From Ptychomitrium polyphyllum (taxonomy: Eukaryota): a stretch of 64,000 bases of DNA. Both the position numbers and the translations under genes were made by a program. Of the stretch, positions 48,223 through 59,400 are shown in pieces (the first letter of the stretch is position 1; every line of letters begins with the position of its first letter). The notes beneath the pieces are model-generated. The model ran no database searches, was not told the DNA's origin, and was given only the letters and a program-made list of their open reading frames with translations. Location of the stretch: the NCBI GenBank assembly GCA_973851085.1, contig OZ316776.1, forward strand, positions 4,154,001 to 4,218,000, given 5' to 3'.

Positions 48223-50846
48223 TACACACTTCTGATGTTCAGGAACCCATCCCACAATGAATGAAAAATTCTCCAACAGTCTGGTTGATCATTCACAACT
48301 TACCACCTAGAGGATTGTTGAAGCTGGAATGGTGAGAAGGTGAACAGTTCCGGAGTTTTGAACCATGCTATCTTGCCTGATAACTCCAGGATCAGGTGGA
48401 TATTGATCTGCTTCACCCTGTAATTTGATGATGGTAAAATGATATGATCATCATAATGGGCGATTCGGCAGCGTGGTGTATCAAACTCGAGACTCCTCGG
48501 CTGTAGCCTATGGCTTAAGAAAAGGGAACTCTAATGATGGGCACGGGTACCAATACATTGGTGAGAGCCATGCTTGAACTAATGATTTGCATCATTGACA
48601 GGCCACTCATGCAAACTAGGGGGGCGGCGTTCCTTGAAAATTGGCGCTGGAAACTGGAGGAGATTCATCAGTACTACAGCCACCGCAGTAAATGCCTCTG
48701 GGTTGTACAACGGATAGATGATGGCCACATGCCGTCGGGTGTAAGTTACGTAATTTGGTCATCCCTAGGTTTTGGTTGAATATAACTATATTTGAGTTTG
48801 GTGTTTGCTGCTCGAACGATGAGCGTGTTGGAGAGTGTTTTTGAAGAGATGCAAGTTCCTCATCAAGCCAGGAATAACATGTTGTCAGAGAACAGCCACC
48901 TCCATGAGGAACCGGACAAAACAGGAGCACTGCGGGCGAGGTTTTTCGAATCAAATCAGAACCTGCGCTCTTCATTACAGCTCGAATTAAAATTCTACAA
49001 CGATTGGAGCGTCAGACGCAACGCATTGATGTAGGTTTATCGACTGGAACTTTGCCCATCCTTGAACGTTGCAGTACTCGGGTGTAGTTTGCTAGAATAT
49101 CCGTCCCTTCCGAGGAGAAGGCGAGTGCAACGTTCTTGTTAAGCGAGCTAGGACAGTTCACCATCAACCACTCTTATTTCCTTTGGCTCTCATCTTTCGA
49201 CTCAGCCTCATCTCCGAATTGGTGACTGAACCAAAGCTATCAACGTTACCGAATTGGGGTGTGCCATTTCGATCCATCGTTACGGTTCAGGTATCTAACG
49301 TATCCCTGCTCCTGAGTCCTGTCATGAGTTGAGTGCCCGAGTAACAACCCCAATTAACAGCCAAGCCATCGTAGATTACTTGTTCCCCACTAAGTATGCC
49401 TTGTTCCTCATTGCTGCTGGTGCAAGGAATACCAATTGATTTGTGAGTTAGGTCCGTCGGCAACTTCGGTACTGAATGCAGCTTGTCCTTGCCGACAAGC
49501 AGTACAGAGCCAGTAGATGATGTGTGCATGGGGCTCAGTTTATCTTTTTCGTTGTTGCGACGTAGAGGCCCATACCGTGACTGGGAGTTGGCCTCCTCAA
49601 TAATTCAGGGAAAATCCAGGGCTAAGGTTTCTGTCGGCTGGGTCCACATCAACCGCCTTTGTCAGAGCTTTTGTTGGTGATCAGTAGAACCTCGTACGAA
49701 TCGCTGCTTTAGACGTGGCCTGCTCCTTCCGAGCTACTCATTTTCTGGGTCACCGGCACCGTCTCTTCAGCCAGCCAGGCAGTAGAAGCTCTAGGCTTGG
49801 CAAAGGACCCCACATATGAATTGCAGAACTGGATCACATTTCAATTCTCCTTGTAAGGCGAGCAGTACTTAGTCGCTAGATGCTAAGTCATGCCACAGCA
49901 ATTGTTTGACGAGAGATGGCAGCACTAGGATCTATCTCCACCCCATACCACAAAAGCAGTACTTCTCCCTTTGTTCATTCTTTCGGTAAAGTGTACTAAG
50001 GCCCAGGACGCTGTATCGTTACAAATCCCTCAATTGTCGCGGTGTCATTTTCTCGTTCCTTTCACCAGCACTTCTCTGTTGGTTGCATACTCTGCGTCCA
50101 TCTCATCTTGCCGTGCCTGGGCTGCAACTGATCAGTTTTTCTGACAATGGAGTCACTGAACCGTCCTCTTAACTCTTTGAGCTTCATTCTCCTTGCACCT
50201 CTAAGGCTTCGAGATAGGTGATCAATACTTCTCCCTTGGCAGGCCGGGTTAGGTTCACGGGATTCATTTTGCAATAGTTTTGCCAGGATTAGCATTTGTG
50301 ATTAATCCTTTCCCTTCGTGCAAATTGAAGAAGTGATTGTTGGTTAAAATTGTGCCTGACTAAATGCAGCTCTCCTACATGCTAAACGTTAAGCAGTACT
50401 GAGCGGGTATCAGTAGCGCTATTTGGAGTCTACAGTTTGCTGATATTCTGCGATAAGGGTGCGTTTTGATTTGGGTTGAATATGGTCTGTTCAGGAGAGT
50501 CGCAACGAGCTTAGTCATTGCAGTGCAAATTGTATTTGACCTCTGATCGTGTATACAAATCTGAACATGCAGGTGCATGATTCTTATCCACGACATTATT
50601 CGCTTCACGGACCACCGGCTCATAGAAAGCGTCAGTAGTTTTTAAGGTTGGATTTAACGGTCCAACTAATCCTTCTTACTAAATATGATACTTGGATCCG
50701 ACCAGGTACTTTTAGATCTGTTGCTCTCGAATCAGCCACCATTCTTACCAGCTGCATAGCAAAGTGGGATTCTCTTTGTGACATCCAGAGCTTTAGTGAG
50801 CTCGCTGCAGGTTAATCACATAATTTTCTAGCTCTACTTTCGAGTG

Positions 50847-52406
50847 ATGGGTCTATCATGTAAAGGCAGATCTTCTACCGCTGTCTGCAACTCCACTGAA
50901 TTACCACACTCTGCGAAGAAATGCAGCAATCTTCAGGTATTCAAGTTCAAGGACTTGGAAGCAGCCACCAGAGGTTTTGCAAATGAAAATCTTATTGTGA
51001 AGGCTAGTCACGGCCTAATCTTCAGAGGAACCCTCAAGGATGGGCGTGTCGTGGCCGTGAAGCGACCCACACCCGGTGCTCGGCTATGGCACGACGAGGA
51101 CGCATTCGAGAACGAGATGCAGGTGCTGTCCAAGCTGTTCAGCCGGCGTCTGGTGAATCTCCTAGGCCACAGCCAGGACGGCAAGGTCAAGCTGCTGGTG
51201 GTAGAGCATATGGTCAATGGCTCCTTGCACGATCGCCTGCACGGCACCATTGATTGTGCCGCGTGCCTGAGCTGGCCCATGCGAGTGCAGCTAGCTCTCC
51301 AAATCGCAAAAGCCATCCGGGCTTTGCACGCTTCATCACCGCCCATCATTCACCGCAACATCCGAAGCAATAATGTATTTATTGACAGGGACTGGAATGC
51401 ACGGTTGGGCGACTTTGGGCTTGCAAGATGCGCTCAGGAGTCCGAGCCGCCTCGAAGATCCAGCAACCTGTCGTCAATTCCAGAAATCGATACAGAGGAA
51501 GGGGCAGCTCGATTTTCGGTCGGGTTGGAGGACTTCGTACACCTGGAGCACGAGAATCCGTCCCACATCAGCACGAAGACCGACGTGTTCAATTTCGGGA
51601 TGTTGCTGCTGGAGATTATGAGTGGCCGAAGCGCCGTTTCTCTGGATGCCGACTTCACCCCGTTCAGTCTCCTCGACTGGGCACTCCCACTCATCAAGAA
51701 CGCAAATGCCATGGCCATCTGCGACAGCCGGCTCAAGCCCCCGCAAGTCACAGCCACGGTGACGCAGATGGCCACCATAGCAGTTCGCTGCGTGCGAGCT
51801 TCGGCCTCCCGCCGTCCCTCCATGGAAGATATCGTGCACGCGCTCACGAATGTCAGCAAGCTCCTGCCGCTGCCCATGTGGAGCGGACTGACAAACCTGG
51901 GCACGCGAGTGAAGACTACTCTGCGGCACGGCCCCGACAATCTCTTCCCTACCAGCTGCCACCCAGATCCCGCCCTCTGCAAGGCTAGCCGACTCATCCG
52001 ACTGCCATTGTGGACGGGATTCTTGCGGCTGAAGAAGAGGAAGCGTGCTTTCGTCTTCGGCCTGGGGAAGATTTTGGCTAGAAAGCTTCGCATTGGCTCT
52101 GTCAAATACACTCGGCTTCCAGCGAATTCCAAGGTAAGGAGCGAGCCGAGGAGAAGTTGTTGCTCCAAGGGTCCCATGGGAGCTGCCAGAGTCTCGGACG
52201 AGGGTATACGAGAGCAGAGACCTCCGAAGACGTTACATGTGATTGATCGTCGTCCTGTTGTGCAGCAAACAAAGGAGAAATCTATCAACTTGCCGGCTTC
52301 AAGCTTTCGCATATCAGGATATCCGTATTGGAACTCCGGGAAGCATTCTGCTAGAGTAGTACAGATGAGAAATATTCATGAGCGTGCTGCGGTACGAGGG
52401 CTGTAA
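50847..52406 (+). CDS. Intronless receptor-like cytoplasmic kinase-like protein (519 aa), predicted N-myristoylated, probable pseudokinase
   Basis: First ATG at 50847 (the ORF track starts at GTG 50844) gives MGLSCKGRSS (Gly2 plus Cys5). RLK/Pelle-type fold: FKFKDLEAATRGF, VAVKRP, FENEMQVLSKL, LVNLLG, LSWPMRVQLALQIAKAIRALH, ARLGDFGLAR, STKTDVFNFGMLLLEIMSGR, RPSMEDIV. The catalytic loop reads HRNIRSNN. Confidence 0.9.
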   Translation: MGLSCKGRSSTAVCNSTELPHSAKKCSNLQVFKFKDLEAATRGFANENLIVKASHGLIFRGTLKDGRVVAVKRPTPGARLWHDEDAFENEMQVLSKLFSRRLVNLLGHSQDGKVKLLVVEHMVNGSLHDRLHGTIDCAACLSWPMRVQLALQIAKAIRALHASSPPIIHRNIRSNNVFIDRDWNARLGDFGLARCAQESEPPRRSSNLSSIPEIDTEEGAARFSVGLEDFVHLEHENPSHISTKTDVFNFGMLLLEIMSGRSAVSLDADFTPFSLLDWALPLIKNANAMAICDSRLKPPQVTATVTQMATIAVRCVRASASRRPSMEDIVHALTNVSKLLPLPMWSGLTNLGTRVKTTLRHGPDNLFPTSCHPDPALCKASRLIRLPLWTGFLRLKKRKRAFVFGLGKILARKLRIGSVKYTRLPANSKVRSEPRRSCCSKGPMGAARVSDEGIREQRPPKTLHVIDRRPVVQQTKEKSINLPASSFRISGYPYWNSGKHSARVVQMRNIHERAAVRGL

Positions 52407-53410
52407 GTGCATCAACTGCTCAGATTAGTTGGCCAAACACCTGTAAATCGGTATAACCAGGCGTTTGACACATTTTACTAGAGTTTTGTTCTGCCATTTC
52501 AATAGGGCGGATGAATGTATATATTGCAGAAAAAACTTCTTTTTCTGCCTGATTCTATATTATCTTCTCTCAACATTGGGATTCAACAGCATATGAATGT
52601 TCTCTGACGTAATGCAGCCATTAATTACATGTCATGTCGGTCTGGCAGAAACAGAGTCTCATTTTGAAACGCTACCATTCTGATCTTCTAAAATTTAACT
52701 TCCACCAATTTAAGGTTGTTGCCGACACCTCAATACCTCATGTACTGAGGCAAGCACATCGAAATGCGGCACGCTGGCCAACACTAGCTGAACATGAATT
52801 TCCTCTGCAAATGCTCTTAATATATTCTCAACAAATTACGCAAGACACCATTTACAGCTCATATTTCTGCCTTAATGAGAAGTTTAATTTATTCTAGAAA
52901 ATGTGAACCTCGATGATCCAATGTTAGCAGCCGCAGGTCCCATCTTTCTCCAGAATTTTGTCTCGACGATGGTGAGTACAGAGTAACAATCCGCGTGCTT
53001 GTGCTAATTGACAGGCCCTCTGTCAAGATCCACATTTAATCACCAATACCTCAGCAGTACCGATCACCTTATGTTGAAATTCATCTTTAATTTTATTTTC
53101 ATCGCAAGATATAGTACAATCTACCCTAAAGAATAAGCCCAAATCCTGTGGATATCTAGAGAAATCCTTCCAGGAAACCTTGAGACCCATTCTCGAACAA
53201 AATATTCCCCTATTGTATCCCTGCTTGTCAAAATATTGATTAGTGTCTCAATCTCGTCTTATGCTTAAGACACTCATGCTTACGAACGAACTCCCGTACA
53301 AAAGTAGAGGGAAACTTGATCTACATGAAAGAACGCCTACCTCAAGTATACTAATGAAAAGCCCACTGCTCATATCCAGATCGTTACATGCTATGCATTA
53401 CAGCAGCACA

Positions 53411-56400
53411 TTAATCAAAAATATCTTGTGACTCGATGATGCTGTGCTGGCTGCAACTCCCAAAAACAAAAACACAGGCTTAGACAAGTTTACCATGGTA
53501 TGAATATTCTAGGCTAGCTTAGGGCACTGGTCCACTAGCAACTGTTTGCATCCAGAAGAGAAGAAGGTGACTGACTGAATAATACAACTAAATGATTTAA
53601 CTTACTGATCATCTTTAGAGATGCGATAGTAACGCTCTGCATGCTGACGTTGCCCAATAAGTTGTGCAAACCTTTCGTCATGTGTAATAATAATTAACTG
53701 AAAGTTCTCTTGCCCTCGACGATCCTCCATTATCCTGTAAGGAGGAACACTCATACATGATACAGAACTTTCAGCTTATTCCTGAAACTAAATTGTCACC
53801 AATTGCCATTCATAATGTTCCAACAATCCATATCCAATAAGCCTCTAGAGTTACTCAAATAGATTCAATTACATTGTGTTGTAATAAACATCGTGTTTGC
53901 TTGGAGCTTGCAAGACACTTTATTAAGCCGGGTCTTAGAAATATGTCACACCTCAAAAGAGCGGCCGCCAGGCTCTCTGCATTCGGCGTGTCAAGATTGG
54001 TAGTTGGTTCGTCGAGCGCCAGGACACCACAGTTCAGACAGAATGTCTCTGCCAATGCCAGTCGAATTATAAGAGATGCTAGTACCTGTACCAAGATGAG
54101 CATAATATTATTTACAGCCACTAACAAATCAATCAGTGGAAACCAAAGTGACCAAAGTGAGAAAGGAGTAACGTGAGAACCTGCACGTGCTACACGAAAT
54201 TTCAAAACTGCAGTTTTCCTATGGTATTATTGCTTGTGTGTTCATCCTCTCAAGAGCGGCAGGAGCTGATTCATTGCGACGACTTCCGTTCTCAACTACA
54301 ATCAACTAGAGACCTTCAAAAGGCTACATGCAACTTCCCTAAACAAGTCAGAAATCATAAGACTAGGGATGAGCAGCATGAAGTTCAAGCATCAAAGTAC
54401 CTTCTGACCGGCACTGCAACGACCTCGCATGTCCAATTCAGCGTCCCCACTTCGCATAACCACCTGCATATAAAGCTTTCACCTCTTAGTCTTAGTAACT
54501 TGAACAATGTTAACTTGAATAATATAGAAGTTCAAAGTTTGCTTCAAAACAGGGAAATGATGATACATAGATTATTTATAATCAAATAATACATCATTGT
54601 CTTTGACCACTTGGACGCTTATAAGTTTCAATAACCTTGAATCTCTAGTTTGGCAACAAATACAGCCATGACCATAACAGCAAATATAACACCATCCCAA
54701 CGCATATATCAGCTCACTGTATCAAAGACTTCAATACTGCTTACACTTTATCATATCAAGTGGAACTGCAAATACGGCCAACATAAACTAACATTATATA
54801 GGGGTGCTTGAGGTCTAAGTAAATCTGTATGGAACGAAGTCAAATTATACCCAATAAGGACATCTAACAATAAGAGAGTAAGAAAGTGACGCAAGTACAC
54901 TGACCCTGTAGCTGTATGAACGTGTCCCTATTCCTTCTGCATCTGACCGAATTTCAATGAAGTCAATATCTTGCCCCCGGTATGTTTGTTGCCATAATTC
55001 TTTTACAATCTTATTGATTTCTTCCATCTTCATCGAATGAAATCGCAATAATGCCCTGTCACAGACTCAGGCTCAGAAGCAAAGAAGGTTTACATCCACT
55101 CAGACCCCAAAAAGCTAAGGTGCGGTAACATACAAGTAAATATGACCATTGTACTTCTCGTAAGCTGCTTCATAGTTCTCAAAATTCGAGTATGATATTA
55201 ATACGAATGCAATATCCATATCAACTATCATTAACAGCCCCTTTAATAGTAAATTTTGTCCTTGAAGTTCATCATCTCTAATAACCCAACTCATGATTAA
55301 TCCTCAATGACCAAGAAGACAAAGCGACTAGGTGCTCACTTGTCAAGAGCATGATAGTACTTGTCAAGATCCTTGTTGGCCATCTCAGTTGTCTGCAACC
55401 GTTCAACAATATTGGCTCAAGAAAACAAGTCGAAAATCCACATATCTATATTCAGTACCAGGTATATTTGAACGCATGAAATTGAATGATTACTGTAACA
55501 ACAGAACTTGATTATAAGTTGTCCAAGTGAATTATCAGAATTCTCAACTTCACAATGATATTTAAAGATGTATCTGAACATTTACCTTGAGTTGAATAAG
55601 CTGTGTACTATAGCGTTTTTCAATATCTTTGTATTGAGAGTGATTCAGTTCAGCCTTGTTCTTGCCGACGTTGCTCTCATAAACAGCAATGGTTCCTTGG
55701 CTTCTATTTTTCTGTATTATCAAAATTTCTGGTTAGCGAACTGTTAAAAAACGCTGCTACATAGAACCTGAAGAATCAATCAAAGCCCACCAGAATGAAT
55801 TAATTGAACTAGTATAAAGTTAATAATTGTATCATAGAATCTCATCAGAACCAGTATAAGACACAATAGACAAGTTTCAAACAAGCCGTGAAGTTATTAT
55901 AACACGGGATTACATGTACTCAATAAGATAGATTTTAAGCACCCTAAAACAAGTTTACAACAATAAAGACTAAAGATAAAATAATTTTGGTACCAAAGAA
56001 ATAGACATGAGATCCTGGACATCTCAGAAAACTAACCTCTGACAGCAGTTTCTGCAAGTCAGCATTGGCTCTTTTCAAATCTGCTTCCAGCGTGTGCAAG
56101 TCACCCTTGCTCGCCAGCTGCTCTTCCAGTTCTTCAATTGTTTGAATCATCTCCTCTTCGTCCTTGAGCAACTTCCGATACTGTATATTATCCTCAATAT
56201 TACGCTTCAGCTCCGTTTCGCGTCCCACATTAGCAGCCACCTTTGCAAGTTCATCACGCAAGTTTTTCACTTGGCGATCCTTCTCTGATAAATCAGCTTC
56301 TTGGCGTTTAATCTGTTCATTGACCTTCCGATATTCTTCTTGCTTTCGTAAGAGAGAAAATCTAGCAACCAGTGCCCACATCAAGTAGAATTAAAACAAA

Positions 56401-59400
56401 AAGAATTTGCTTGTAATTGTTAATAAGGTGTTAATTGCCAACCTCGGACTTAATTTTGGAAGAAATAAAACGTGTGTAAATCTAGGTCTAATATACAAAG
56501 ACCTCAAAATAATAATACCAGTACTTGTACAGCCAAATATACACTCAACCAGCCTTACTCTAGAGTATTACTCCAGTACTACTCCAGTATTTAGTACAAT
56601 CTTCAAAACTAAGTAAGACGACAAAGAAAAAAGATCCCTTACTTTTGAAGCTTATCTAGAAGATTCCTGAGTCTGTCACCTTCCTGCTTGAACCTGTTGA
56701 GGTCCTGCAAGTACATGTCTTCCTCCATCATCTTTGTATTCTTGAATTCAGTGTGTTCTTTCTCAATACGCTCCTTTTTCTGCTTAGCCGAAACAAGAGC
56801 TTGCTTGTATATCTGCGCCTCCTCAAGCAGTTGGCCGAAATTTGCATGTGATTAGCAACAGAGATAACTTAACAACACAGCTTAGATATGACATCATAAC
56901 TCAACAACACAAATTTATCTCCTTTAACACCCGATAAGCCACATATCACATCATCGACAAGCCTACAAATGGACCCACAAGCATTACAACTTCAATCTTA
57001 CAATCGCGAAGGATTTCTTCACCAAAATATGAATGCAAGGTACGACTTGAAGTTGACCTACACTTTGATTCCTAGTTACTTGGTTTCATAGAGGAATTCA
57101 TAAACGCAAGCGACCAGGACATGCTTTGCAAGGATTGGTAGCTGTGACAGTTCGGATCAAGTCAAAATCAGATTGGATATCTTTGAGCCGTAGCCTTCTA
57201 CCAACTGCTACGGAAAAGTATGTACCATTACAACGTACTCTCAAAATTTGGATTAACACAGTAGATCGTAAACTGCAAGACAGGTCAGCCCAATCAGATA
57301 TGACAAATTGAACTTGCGCCATGAGAGGCACAAAACACCGAAAGTTTACAAGTTGGGTAAGAATGAAGAATAATATAATGAAGAATGTGCACCTCACAGG
57401 TTCATTCCCACAGGCTCACCTCTGTGTCCACATCAATTTGTACAATCTCATCGACGAGCTTTTCTCTTTCTTTCATTTTGCGTTCACGGTCAGCAACCTT
57501 GCTCAAAGCATTAGATTTCTCCTCGCGGGCTATACGCAACTTGTGTCCCCAGGTTATCAAATCGTCTTTCAAGAAACCATGCTCTTCCCGCAGCTTCTCG
57601 ACTCGTCTGTAAAGATCATCTCTGCAAACATCAAACCAAATGTCATGTCTTTGAAGTTTCGGGTAAACACTACCTACCATAAAATGAGTATTGTAACATA
57701 GTCCTGAGTGGAATAAAATGCAAGCATAGCGACCGTAGCAAAATGCAGTGGCTGTTTCTACTGATACAGAGTATTACGGCACAAGAAAAACAAAAAACCT
57801 TAGCAATATAATGCAACTTAAATTTAATTGTTGGGCTGCTGTAAATCTTAATAAACACAAAAAAGGTTTTCAATAGGTCCTTGAGTTACTCTCTAGACGG
57901 GTGAGGCAACTGCCCTCAAGTGGACCTAACGAGTAACAAACTAAAGTATTACCGCTTCTCTTCCACGCTCCTTATGTCAGCTGCAATATCTTCCATTGTG
58001 CGGGCCCCTTGAGACCTAGAGTCTAGTTTATATTCTTGATCTGCCACTTGCTTCTTCACGTTCTCGATATCTTTGTAAAGTTCGGTGATCCGATCTGCTG
58101 GGACTTGTAGCTTCTCCAGCATCTCCACTTCTGCCTCAGCATGTGCAAGCAACCCCAGCATCTGAAAGTACATGAACAAGAATGATTCTTCAGATAGGGC
58201 AAACATAATAAGCACTGGAGCACATACATCTGCATATCCTTAGCTCTACAAATATCATTTTCAGTTAGTAGGATACGCTATGACATGATCAAATGATTGA
58301 TGCACTAAAATATTACATGTATGATAACGCAGGAATAATGTGCACCAAAATGATTTGGTGAACAATTCCAGGCACAAAGAAGGCGCATACATGAAGTTGT
58401 CATCACAAAACAGAACAGAATCACGAAAAGGGAAAAATAGAAATGATATATTTGTACATCTTCATGGGCATCCGTCAGTCTAGCTTTCTCTTGTCTGAGC
58501 TCCTCTAAACTCTTTTCTGCTGCTGGAATGAGTTCATTTGACAATTTCTGATAATCATCATGAACACCACGTAATTTGTCTAGCTGTTGCATTTTCACTT
58601 CTGCTTCTGAAGCCTTTTTAGCTAACTCCCGCAAGCGATCCGCAGTATTTGAAGCTTTCACCCGTTGCTGCAGAATCATATTGTTAAAAAGTGCAGGTTA
58701 AGTTTCATAATTTTCTTATTCGGTGTGGAATCAACCTAGCAAATTCTAAAATGCAAACATGTAACCGGACACATTATACAGTTATCTAAAAAATTCGCAA
58801 GCTGGACTTTTACACATCATATACTAGTTAGGAAAACAGGAATAAGTCTACCTTTCTGACAAAATCGTCCTCTTCTTCAGGATTGAAATCACGGTCACAG
58901 CAGGGGCAAGCATGGTTTCGCCGAGCCTCGCTCGCAAAAGGATCATATATACTTTTCATGCCCTCCGCCAGATCATGCTTACTGTCAAGCAACACACTCA
59001 ACTAGGATTACGTCACTTAAGAAGAGGTTATGCTATCCGCCATATAATGCCACCCTCTGGTAGCAGGAAACAGTAAATCATAATACCTCTTCCTTAAAGA
59101 CACTCAACTTCAGGAAATAACTGCCGTGGTAGTTGTGTTGAAATTTCCGTGGAACAGAGAACCCTCCTTTACCGGCACTGAGCAGCTTCTGTGTACATTC
59201 ACTCCAAACTGCGATTTTGAGCTCCTATCAAGGTTAAGTAATACTTCCAAACATGTTGATTTTCTAGGACGAGCACCGTTAAAAAGAAAAATGGAGATTC
59301 AGATCTAGAAAAAACTCCAGACCTCTTCATATTTTCCTTTTCTTTAGCAGCCTCCTGTAGTTGCTTTTGAAAGTCCGCAATATCAACGTTTAGCTGCAAG

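Noticed and set aside
51434..52312. 292-aa antisense ORF and the other overlapping ORFs inside the intronless kinase
   Set aside because: Shadow ORFs expected from the GC-rich codon usage of the sense gene; no recognisable domain.
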